DNA from: Azolla caroliniana
Taxonomy: Eukaryota; Plantae; Polypodiophyta
NCBI GenBank assembly: GCA_043228905.1
Contig: JBHGNT010001335.1
Coordinates: 1 to 9,747 of the forward strand
Length of the DNA: 9,747 nucleotides
Direction of reading: 5' to 3'
The notes under the pieces were generated by a model. That model made no database searches, had not been told where the DNA came from, and saw nothing but the letters and a program-made list of their open reading frames with translations. Below, piece after piece: positions 1-8,768 of the stretch (the stretch's first letter is position 1; every line of letters begins with the position of its first letter). The translations under genes were made by a program, and so were the position numbers.

Positions 1-1149
1 AGCTCCTGTCATCCCGCAAGCTTTCAAGATGCTGACAAAGGTTATTCCATTTGGCGAAAGTCCTTCCCTTTGCATCTGTTTGAAACAGTTCAATGCTTCA
101 TCACATTGCCCCCATTGAGCATATCCTGCAAGTAAAGCAGACCATGACACTACTCCACGTACAGGAAGCTCGTTTAACACTTGCTTTGCTTTAGCAAGAA
201 ATCCACATTTAGCATACATATCAATTAATGCATTACCAAGAACCATGTCCTTCTGTAGAAGCCCCCTACGAACTACTTCACAATGAATCTCCTTGCCCTT
301 TTCCATAGCTTCTATGCTTCCACATGCCTTTAAAATGCTAGTGAGAGTTACTACATTTGGAGAGAGACCATCATCTTGCATCCATTCCAAGCAGTCTAAT
401 GCTTCATGGAATTGCCCCTCATCAGCAAATCCTGAAATCAATGTCGACCATGAAACCACATCCCGAATAGGAAGCTCTTTAAGCACTTGTCGTGCTTTTA
501 CAAGCACACCACATTTGACATACATATCAACCAAAGCATTACCAAGAATGACATCCTTCTTCAGCAAGCCATTACTTACAATCTTGTCATGAATCTCTTT
601 TCCTTTTTCAATAGATCCAATACTGCCACAAGCCTTCAAAATGCAAGCAAAAGTGACACAATCTGGAGAGAGACCCTCACTTTCCATCTGTGCAAAACAA
701 TTCAATGCTTTGTGACCTTGTCCATGTTGGACATACCCTGCAATAAGGGCAGACCAAGAAACTACATTGCGGACGGTAAGTTGCTCTAGCACTTCTTGTG
801 CTTTAGAAAAAACCCCACATTTGGCATACATACTTATCAAACTGCTAGCCAGAAAAGGACTCTTTTCAAGTAAGCCTCTTCCCTGAATATCAGCATGTAG
901 TCTACTGCCTTTATCAAGATCCTTCTTCTTGGCGCAAGCCTTCAGTAAGGTAATAAATGCAAAATCCTCCTCTTTGTTCATATTGTTAATTTTTTTGCAA
1001 GGTTTCTCCATCATTAGCTCTTCATATGTTGAGAAAATAATTGGTCTCCTCCTCAGCTCTTCATATACCCAACATGGATTGTAACATAAATCAATCCACA
1101 AAGACTCATGATTATTTATGTGTTTAATATCTGGCAATGTAGAGTTTTT
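1..1149 (-). CDS. Large exon of a PLS-class PPR protein gene (probable organellar RNA-editing factor), 3'-truncated by the window edge; begins with the second half of a PDF motif
   Basis: Manual translation of the minus frame (codons starting at multiples of 3) has no stops: KNSTLPDIKHINNHESLWIDLCYNPCWVYEELRRR...DFAFITLLKACAKKKDLDKGSRLHADIQGRGLLEK-SPFLASSLISMYAKCGVFSKAQEVLEQLTVR-NVVSWSALIAGYVQHGQGHKALNCFAQMESEGLSP-DCVTFACILKACG... It contains three L-S-P triplets (about 36+31+35 aa, 306-nt period) plus the start of a fourth L motif. The acceptor TGTTCCTACAG|AAA is at 1150/1149, phase 0. The PPR call is near certain; the exon boundary is inferred. Confidence 0.93.
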
Positions 1150-1539
1150 CTGTAGGAACACAACAGAAATCATATTCTTGTTATCATGCGGAAAATGAAC
1201 CAAACACATCCAAAAGACATCTATATAATCAACCAATGGAAATGGATCTATTGTTGGTTCTACTGTAAAACTGTGCTCAGGACTGGGAGAAAGGTTCCCT
1301 TGTTCATGAAATGCCGATGGGGATTTTACAATTGCCAATCCAAAATATTTTATAAAATGAACACAATATGGTGGAATATATAGATTTCCTACTAAATTCT
1401 TAAAGATTTGCACTACTTCCTCGTAATATCCTATTGTTTGCATATGAGAAGTAAAACTAACCAAATAGTAAAAACAAAGAAAAATATTAATGCATTTATA
1501 GCAACCCAAGTGATTATACACAACCTGCAAGAAAATGGT

Positions 1540-2700
1540 GCCATCATATGACAAAAAAGGATGCCTATGAGGAAGCACAGTATTGGGATTTATATATTCA
1601 TGAGCAAAAAATTCACCACTGTTTGACAGTATATCAGAGAAATCTGATCCTGATCTAGAAACCACAATTATCACATTTCTACATGAAGAGCCAGTATTAT
1701 GTCCATCACCAATCCCTGCAACACAACCCTCAGAGCCACACCTTCATCTGATACAACAGGAACCTTCAGTATGTATGAGTGTCTGAATATAGAGGACTAG
1801 AAGCTGAACACCTCAAATGTGGCAAGGACACTTGCTACTACTTGCACACATATTCAATAGACTCTTGGTAGAGAGCCTTCACAACGCATGGACCATGCAA
1901 ACAACGCTGCTTATCCATAAATCAGGAGATTCAATCAAACCTGGGAACTATCGAGCCATCATCATTGGCCATTCACTTGCCAAAATCTATAGCGTGTGCT
2001 TGAAGTGGAACTGAGAACTTATCCCAAGGTAGAAGAGATATGATCCTTAGGATAAGTAGGATTCAAACAAGCCTTCTTTACCATTGGCCACATCTTTACG
2101 TTAAGTTGCTTGGTGGACCAAGTAAAGGTACAAAAGAAAAGAGAATCTGGCTTCTTTGAGGATTTTCTACAAGATTTCCTTGTATCCAGGGAATGTTTTC
2201 ATCAGAAACTCCACGCACTTGAAATCCCCCTGATATGATATCAGTGAGTATGTGCATTATATGAGCAAGTGTTGGGAAGAGCTTGATGTCGAAGGAGGTT
2301 ATCAAGAGTCATAACAAGCACCATTAGCGTGAAGCAAAGTAACCTAATTACATTTTTCTTTACCTTGATAGTAAAATCTTGGTCTCTGAATATCTTAATA
2401 CTCTGGATGATTTTTCCCAAAAACAACATCTCACAGTGAACCCATGAAATATAAGGCCATGATCTTTCACACATCTGCACCAACTCGCCCACAAGTTGTT
2501 GTCACTCTAGAAGGAGGCCAAGTTGAAGAAGTGGATTAAAGTTTCCCTAAAGTCACATTTACAAGCACCATTAGGCACTTCTCTATGATCCAAGATGCCA
2601 AAGATTGACCCACTCAAGAATCTACAACTCTAGCAAAGTTAGGACAACAATGCCAACAAGCATTCTTCCAGGTACCTCATACCATGGTTATTCGACATAT
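1540..2700 (+). mobile_element. Degenerate non-LTR retrotransposon (LINE, RTE-like) reverse transcriptase relic, antisense to the host gene
   Basis: RT motifs appear in the expected order: GLEAEHLK (~1795), LAHIFN, W...IHKSGDSIKPGNYRAIIIGHSLAKIY (~1890-1990), G*VGFKQAFFTIGHIFTL (~2050-2103, compare QAGFR..STIDHIFTL), STISVKQS (2317-2340, compare GVKQG) and KAMIF (~2453-2467). It has stops and frameshifts and no recognisable YADD. Boundaries are approximate. Confidence 0.8.
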
Positions 2701-3254
2701 GCAATCATGTGTGCTCCAAGCCTCCCCATTCACATATGGATATAAATAGAGAATCAACTAGTCATGATGTTGTCTTTGACGTGACAAAACCTTAACACTT
2801 CCCGTGCAGCTGCCCAGCCTACAAACACTAGACATATGCAAAATTCTTACCGGTGTACATTGCCCTTCAATAGATGACGGAAAAGGCTGACCTGGTCCAC
2901 TTTGGTTACCACACGAGACACAAAGGGAATCAGATACCACAGACTTCTTCCATAGGACAGTATCTCCACAAACAATGTGCAGATGAGTCACCATAGGATA
3001 ATAATACATCATCATCCTCTCTCTCCCTAGGTACAATGTCTTTCCTTAAAAAAATTTAGTATTGGGCATATATTAGATCTTTCATTAGTCAATTTAGCCT
3101 TTTGAATATGTTAATTTGGCATTCGTTTTGATACACGTAACTTCACATGCTACATGAAAATGTTTCACTTTTGGTCCCATAGATCATATTTGAACTCCAA
3201 GGGAAGATATTAAAATCCATGCATTTATCTCTGCCTTTCTGAGGATGCCAAAAT

Positions 3255-3278
3255 ATCATCATCATCATCATCATCATC
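3255..3278. repeat. (ATC)8 microsatellite
   Basis: Seen directly in the sequence. Confidence 0.95.
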
Positions 3279-3312
3279 TCTCTCGCACACATAACCACGA
3301 GCTCATACTTAC

Positions 3313-3396
3313 CTGTCTATAAATATAGCGCCACAGAGAAGGATCCTTGAAGTAATCCTTCCACAAGAGATCCATAATGATCCCTCGTCCCACCAT
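3313..3396 (-). CDS. Upstream coding exon segment of the PPR gene, encoding the first half of the PDF motif (MVGRGIIMDLLWKDYFKDPSLWRYIYRQ)
   Basis: A consensus donor CAG|GTAAGT at 3313/3312 is phase 0 and matches the phase-0 acceptor at 1149. LWKDYFKDPSLW resembles LWxxFFxxPxxW of the OSB PDF motif. The first in-frame ATG is at 3396 and the frame is open from 3438. The exon probably starts at the acceptor TGTTGCAG|G at 3544/3543. The true start codon is uncertain. Confidence 0.72.
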
Positions 3397-3403
3397 GCCG
3401 GAA

Positions 3404-3538
3404 TCATAAACTTCTGTCAGGTGGTTTCCAGAGTGCAATTAGGCGTCTCCTCCATGTCCACACGGAAGCTGCGTGTCTTCCGGTCTTCAAAAGGCAGTGC
3501 TTTATTCGCCAGCAGGGAGCCTGTCTTCGAATCACCAT
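3404..3538 (-). other. 44-aa ORF resembling an organellar targeting peptide, out of frame with the PDF-PPR coding frame (frameshifted N-terminus or uORF)
   Basis: MVIRRQAPCWRIKHCLLKTGRHAASVWTWRRRLIALWKPPDRSL* has 8 R, 3 K and only one acidic residue. Its ATG is 5 nt inside the 3543 acceptor and its stop is 7 nt before ATG 3396. Confidence 0.5.
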
Positions 3539-3622
3539 TGAGCCTGCAACAACAGGGATTGTGCATTTTCTGATTCTCCCTTAGGTAATTAGCAGTTTTG
3601 AACACAGCATGTAAAGTATTAA

Positions 3623-3664
3623 GCTTTGCATGTATGCAAGTGTGCTTTGCATGTATGCAAGTGT
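3623..3664. repeat. Perfect 21-bp tandem duplication GCTTTGCATGTATGCAAGTGT x2
   Basis: Units at 3623-3643 and 3644-3664. Each contains the inverted repeat TTGCAT-gt-ATGCAA. Confidence 0.9.
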
Positions 3665-3690
3665 GTGTATATAGATACGCACATGTGACA

Positions 3691-3754
3691 TATGTATGTA
3701 TGTATGTATTTATGTATGTATGTATGTATGTATGTATGTATGTATGTATGTATG
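3691..3754. repeat. (TATG)16 microsatellite with one variant unit
   Basis: Seen directly in the sequence. Confidence 0.95.
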
Positions 3755-4564
3755 TGTAAGTGTGTGTACGTTTGTTGTCTCCATCGTTCTCATGATATGC
3801 TCATGGACAGTTCATGAAGATATGACGGTTTCATTGTCATATGCCGATTGAGATTCATAAGCCTCCTCTTTAACCCTTTCTCGCTCAGAGGTGGTTCTCA
3901 CCCTCGTCATGAAGGTATGGTATATGTATTTTGGGCCATGTTTTCGTTGTACCTAAACCAAACAACTTGATTCTTCTCTTGATCGAGTGACATATTCGGT
4001 CACTTGCCCCCTTGTATGACTTTCTTTATTCCTGAAGTGTTTATATTATCGACACACCACACTTGTCGCCTGTTATGGATTCAACCGTTGTAGAGTTGTT
4101 GGGGTGACATTATGTTCAAGCTACGATTGCCTTCATGCACAAGAACTTTCACTTTCACTTTATTGTAGCAAACACGATTGAGGGGATAGTTATGGTCCAA
4201 TGGCAATTCACTTTGTGTCACCTCTAATGCAAGAGGATACACTCAAAGACTCATTCTAGAAGTGTAGAGAGAGAGAGAGACCAACATTGTAATACCAGAG
4301 TATAAAGGTAGTATCTATAAATTATTAAACCCCAACTGTGAAAGGATGAAGTTCATCAAGTGGTTAGCATTTTGTTTGTGGTGACCAAACAATTGTCATT
4401 TGTCCCTTCTCACATCCTTGATAATAGAGTAGAAACTGACATGAACACCCCTAATATGATTATCTCTGTGTGAGCTCAAGAAATAATTAAGAAAACAACC
4501 AAGAGAGATGTGGGCTAGGAGCAATCCTGCACTCACTCAATCTCTTCAAACCCTTAAGCATTAA

Positions 4565-5193
4565 GTCTTCTACTACTAATGGATATGGATTAATCAAAGT
4601 TGAGATATTTTGGTGATTTCTTACTTTATTATTATTTTAAGTATTATTGTTGTTTTAAGTCATTTAAAATGTTGGTGATTTCTCCTTCTCTTCGATGGAA
4701 TATATGTATCGGAGGTCTCTTATACTACACCAATCCATTGTTTGGAAGAGGACAAGGTTTGGTTTATGATATCATCTTTAGTAGTTAGGGTATTATGGAA
4801 GGCAAGATGTAAATGTGTATTTCAAAAAGTTATGCTGAATGAGGTTGAGTTAGTCAAGGAGATATGGTTCATGCTCCTCCATACTCTAAGAGGTCAATAT
4901 GATGCAATACTTGGTGAGCTTGATGTTGTGTTTCATAAGCAACAACATTTTCGAGAAATTTGGAAAAAGGCAGAGGTCTTCACCTTTTTTGGGGAGAGAA
5001 TAAAGTGGAGATATTCTCCACCAAGATGGCTTTTTCCGCCCCCCACCTTGGAAGGACCCTGCATGACCGCTTCCACTACTAGACATGTTGGTTGATGTGG
5101 GTAGGAGGGTTATATTTTATTGTATGGGTTCTTTTTTAGCCTTTGGGCATCTTTTCATTAATACCAAGGTGAATCTTGACTTTTTTTAAAAAA
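4565..5193 (+). mobile_element. 5'-truncated L1-like LINE 3' fragment (ORF2 C-terminus, 3' UTR, short A tail)
   Basis: ORF 4742-5095 contains VWFMISSLVVRVLWKARCKCVFQ, resembling the WxxWKxRNxxxF motif that follows zf-RVT in plant L1 ORF2. It overlaps ORF 4600-4788 in another frame, suggesting a frameshift. A T-rich tail ends in AAAAAA at about 5193. The left boundary is approximate. Confidence 0.6.
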
Positions 5194-5270
5194 TGTTTTG
5201 ACAAGCATTAATTGTGTGAGTTTATGATTAAGAGAGAACGATTCAAGTTTTCTTTACTAGTTGATGTAAA

Positions 5271-5846
5271 CGTTCATAGCTTGAGTGTCATTGACAACTA
5301 CCCTTGCAATTGCTAAAAAATAGGGTTCGAGTTGAATCAATACCTCAAAATGATCTCATTGTAATTTTCACAAAGAATATTGCAAGATGTGAACTTGGTA
5401 AATGTTACGGGCATGACCATATAATATCTCGTGGTAAGTTCATAGTATTCTACACACAAGGACAACTTGTGAGGGTTAATCGAGAGTGTAAAGAAGGGAG
5501 GATTACTTTTAATCCTAGGGATTGAGACAACCCATTAAGGCAAAGTGTGAACTTGCCTAGGGGCCTTAGATATGGCTATAAATATAAGGCCTAACTACTC
5601 TCATTTGATACATTATCGACTATGTTGAGACTCAGATCTTGTGGTGATCAACTCTTGTAGCAAGTGCGCACCAAGTACAACTCGATGCCAATATGTAGGT
5701 ATGGGACGCCGATCAAGGCTCAAGTTTATCTCAATCCCTTCGTTGGGGGGTGATTGGTTGGATCGCCACCCTTCTTTGTTGGTCTTCTCTATTTTCCTAT
5801 CTTATATTTCCTTATCTTTTGCTTACATTAGGATAAAGCTCTAACA
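5271..5846 (+). mobile_element. Probable solo LTR (576 bp)
   Basis: Flanked by the 5-bp direct repeat GTAAA (5266-5270 and 5847-5851). The termini CGTTCATAGCTT...AAGCTCTAACA are an imperfect inverted repeat (TG..CA with the first T read as C). There is an internal TATAAATA at 5577-5584 and a pyrimidine-rich U5-like 3' part. Confidence 0.62.
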
Positions 5847-6947
5847 GTAAACCAAAACCAAAACAATAGTGAACGTGCATATGGAAACATGAACTCTCGA
5901 ATAAGGGATTGTTTCCATCATTCTCTAGGTTTTTAAGACATGATCAAACTTCAAAGGGGCATGTCATGATAACAAGCTCAACCACACAACTTATGTGTAA
6001 ATACACTCATTGCATGTGTTCAACTTTGCCATTGATTCAATGAATGAGAGATGCCTTTGCATTGAATGAAGTGGATACCGTAGATATCACACTCAATGTC
6101 CACTCATCACAAGATTCTTCATAACCTCTATGATACTCCAAGCTTGGCAAGTTGCAACCTTAGACAAAGAAACCAATTAACCAACAAAAAGCACTTGAGT
6201 GTGTATCCTCTTGACATGCATTGAGATCATTATCAAGTGTGAATCAAGTTTCTTATACCTCCTAGATATTATCACCTTTGGCGATCATTATATGCCATGC
6301 CAATTCTAATGAACCTTGTTCCAAAATTGGTGACTTATGAACCATAGAAAGAGTGGTTATTCTATAAATAGATATATTTTTAACTACTAAGGGAGACACC
6401 AATTGTGATTTATTTATGGATAAGGACTTGGTTTCTCTCAAATTTATGACTATGATACATTTACGTTGTACCATTCTCTGAATTTCATGACATATTACTC
6501 CATGGAGGATTGAGCTTGGGACCTCTCAATATTATGACTTTCACACATGTATACCAATGTGTGTTTTTCGCCATGCTTTGAACTTTTTGTGACACATTGT
6601 TTAGCATTGTATAGGTTTTCACCTCACTTTAAGCTTTCCCCATGAGGAGGGGTGTGGAACTACAAAGATGGCAAACTTGAACCAAAGTAATGGGAATCCA
6701 ACCATGATGAGTGGGGTGTGAAATTTTCAACGCGGTTTTTACTTTGGATATCAGACCATATACCTTGTTGCTAAGATGGTTATGTTGAGGAAATGCACGT
6801 GGTCTTGGTAGCACGAACATCCAACTGACCAGCCTCCGATCGATGTACAGTATGGAAACACTTACAAATATGGTGGACCTGAAATGCTCTGATTTATAAT
6901 GTGGGAGTGTTGCCGTGAGGTAGTGACAAAGTGGTTCATCCAATTAC

Positions 6948-7192
6948 TAGGTGTAGGAAACGGCTCGGCTCAAGCCTAAACCGAGTTGTTAAACCGTTTT
7001 TAAACACTTTGGAGTTGTGGAGGTTTGGATCGGGCTTGAGTTTCCTTAACCAGTTTGAGCACGGTTGGCTCAAGCCGAACCAAACCAATTTGGTTCAAGT
7101 TTGAAAACTTCCAAACCGGTTAAGGCTTAACCAGTGTGGTTTGGACATGGCCAAACCGGTTAACCTGAAACCGAACCGTTGCAGATTGCCTA
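6948..7192. mobile_element. Degenerate hAT-like MITE / non-autonomous DNA element (245 bp)
   Basis: Imperfect terminal inverted repeats: TAGGTGTAGGAAACGGCTCGGCTCAAG versus the reverse complement of the right end, TAGGCAATCTGCAACGGTTCGGTTTCAGG. The interior is dense in AACCG/CGGTT motifs in both orientations. No intact 8-bp TSD. Confidence 0.55.
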
Positions 7193-7467
7193 ACATTGTC
7201 AATTTATGGCAATTACCACATCATAGACAACATACGTGTGTAGAATGACAGTATTATTATGTACATGTTTGTATGTATACAAACCCAATCAATGTCTTTC
7301 CGATCAGAGGTAGCTACAAGGAGAATGAATCAAAGCTGCTGATTAAAATGTTTCAGCAGATTAATCATTGACATGAACCGGGGATGTAAATAAATCAGAA
7401 AGGTTACTACGGATATGGATATGGATCTTAGTAACCTTCAAATTGTACGGATATGTACAGAACAGGG

Positions 7468-7791
7468 TCATGCCATTAAGGAGGAGAGGTATGATCGACA
7501 CCTTATACTATTCTGCACAGTATCCATGGCGTCTGTACTTCTTGTATAACTGAGACCTTGATTGCACTCAAATCCTTCGACTCGAACAGGAGATGGCGCT
7601 GCCATGGCTGGGTACATCGGATTCAACAGCTGGAGATGATGGAATTCTGCATCCTGCGCCATGGGGTTTCTCGCTCTGCAAGGTGGAGAGCCTGTGAAGA
7701 TTAGATCTTTAACTCCGTATGAGCTCTTGCCTCTCACATCATCATCATCATCAGAAGCAAGCGCTGTATCTCTCTCTGCAGAAGAAAGCTC
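7468..7791 (-). CDS. Exon 3 of the same gene
   Basis: The acceptor GACAG|GAG at 7792/7791 is phase 0 after a 90-nt intron. Encodes ELSSAERDTALASDDDDDVRGK...FTGSPPCRARNPMAQDAEF...SPVRVEGFEC...LMA*. Total CDS is 269+118+324 = 711 nt. Confidence 0.85.
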   Translation of the reverse strand, partial: ELSSAERDTALASDDDDDVRGKSSYGVKDLIFTGSPPCRARNPMAQDAEFHHLQLLNPMYPAMAAPSPVRVEGFECNQGLSYTRSTDAMDTVQNSIRCRSYLSSLMA

Positions 7792-7881
7792 CTGTCATGT
7801 AACAGGAGTAGCACCAAATTAAGCACCATTCCCTGCACTCGCAAAAAACAACGATTTGGTTATACATAATATTGGAACTAC

Positions 7882-7999
7882 CTTGTTCAGGAAAATATCC
7901 AAGATCTCATGGCTTGCTCCGCATGATTTAGACATTGCGCTTACATCGTCATTAACGCTGCCAGCATACGCTGCATGAGCGTCGACAATAGACATGGCA
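7882..7999 (-). CDS. Exon 2 of the same gene
   Basis: Branch point TACTAAC at 8034-8028 and acceptor TACAG|T at 8000/7999, phase-compatible with exon 1. Encodes ...GASHEILDIFLNK, compare family ELLDIILxK. The donor AAG|GTAGTT at 7882/7881 is phase 0. Intron 1 is 160 nt. Confidence 0.8.
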
Positions 8000-8159
8000 C
8001 TGTAGACCACACGAATATCAACAGTATGTTAGTATAACATTCATGGGTATAAGTAGCACAGATGGTGTAACTACAGAGAATCTCTCCTTCCTGCATCGAT
8101 GGATATCAAAATAATGCATAATATACAAATCCTGTTTTACGTCTTGATTGCATATATAC

Positions 8160-8428
8160 CTTTGCGATCTTAACGTACTCCTAATCATCGTGGGAGGCCT
8201 GATGGATAGAAGCTCTGCAGAGACTGAGAAAAGGTTATTGGACGCCATAGCCGGGCTCTGCTGAAGTATAAGAGAAGACCTCTGTGGCATAGGGCGGATC
8301 ATGTTGAGCCTGTGATCTTCCCGAATAGTGGTCGAGCTTTGCGGATGACATGTCGAAGCCTGATGGAGAATTTGAGGGGAGGAGGGTGAGGATGCATGCG
8401 TTGCCACATTGCTACTGCTGCGCCTCAT
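8160..8428 (-). CDS. Exon 1 of a 236-aa plant-specific uncharacterised protein (GSPPxRxxNP / VRVEGF family, At5g16110/At3g02555-like)
   Basis: ATG at 8428. IRPMPQR resembles the family CPKPRR motif. The donor AAG|GTATAT at 8160/8159 is phase 2. Confidence 0.75.
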
Positions 8429-8435
8429 CTGTCTC

Positions 8436-8541
8436 TGTGTGTGTGTGTGTGATGGGTAGTCCCTGCGCGTGTGAAGTTGTCTACGCGGGGGCGACGAAGA
8501 AGAAGAAGAAGAAGCTCGCGATGGCGATGGCGATGGCGATG
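8436..8541. repeat. Cluster of simple repeats in the 5' leader: (TG)8, (GAA)6, (GCGATG)4
   Basis: Seen directly at about 8436-8451, 8496-8513 and 8518-8541. Confidence 0.9.
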
Positions 8542-8579
8542 GTTCGAATCTGGGAGGAACGGATCATCAGAGAATGCAT
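8481..8579 (-). other. Possible 32-aa upstream ORF of the 236-aa gene
   Basis: ATG 8579 to TAG 8483-8481 encodes MHSLMIRSSQIRTIAIAIAIASFFFFFFVAPA*. It matters only if transcription starts upstream of 8579. Confidence 0.3.
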
Positions 8580-8588
8580 TTAGGGTTT
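8580..8588 (-). promoter_or_regulatory. Telo-box AAACCCTAA
   Basis: Exact match about 150 nt upstream of ATG 8428, a typical position in plant proximal promoters and 5' UTRs. Confidence 0.5.
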
Positions 8589-8768
8589 TCTTTTTTGCTG
8601 AGTCACATCCAAAACCACTAATCTGTTTCTGAATCCGCTAACTTCATTCCCCGGTGGTTTTCCAACAAACCGCTAGTCACCCGCGCAGAACCGTTGTTTT
8701 TCGCTTTTTCGCTTTTTCTGACTCGGCACCACGCGCTCTGCTTTTTCTTATCATCCAACCAATACATA

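Larger units (their letters stand above)
1150..3312 (-). other. Predicted 2163-nt GT-AG intron of the PPR gene, containing a LINE relic
   Basis: GTAAGT...TTCCTACAG ends. Removing it joins two halves of one protein motif in frame. Confidence 0.72.

Noticed and set aside
293-789. Plus-strand ORFs 293-592 and 487-789
   Set aside because: They are antisense shadows of the minus-strand PPR exon.
1186-1383. Plus-strand 65-aa ORF
   Set aside because: No recognisable motif; short and AT-rich.
2758-3036. 92-aa minus ORF and a possible cassette exon (TAG acceptor at 3027, GTAAGA donor near 2850)
   Set aside because: The phase-0 reading hits TGA at the fifth codon, there is no motif, and it would interrupt the PDF join.
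3417-3605. 62-aa minus ORF from the track
   Set aside because: It has a non-ATG start, crosses the 3544 acceptor and stops before the PDF segment. It is not supportable as a gene by itself.
3623-3754. Repeats as a CRISPR-like array
   Set aside because: No spacers, eukaryotic context; ordinary tandem repeats.
3932-3937. TGGGCC site II element as a promoter mark for the PPR gene
   Set aside because: A single 6-mer with unknown TSS is too weak.
5850-6945. Intergenic stretch with ORFs 6262-6474 and 6629-6943
   Set aside because: No protein motif or repeat boundary that I can recognise. It may be old TE debris.
7775-7778. Stronger-looking acceptor TTCTGCAG|AG at 7776/7775 for exon 3
   Set aside because: Its phase is incompatible with the phase-0 donor at 7882. 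The acceptor at 7792/7791 keeps the frame.
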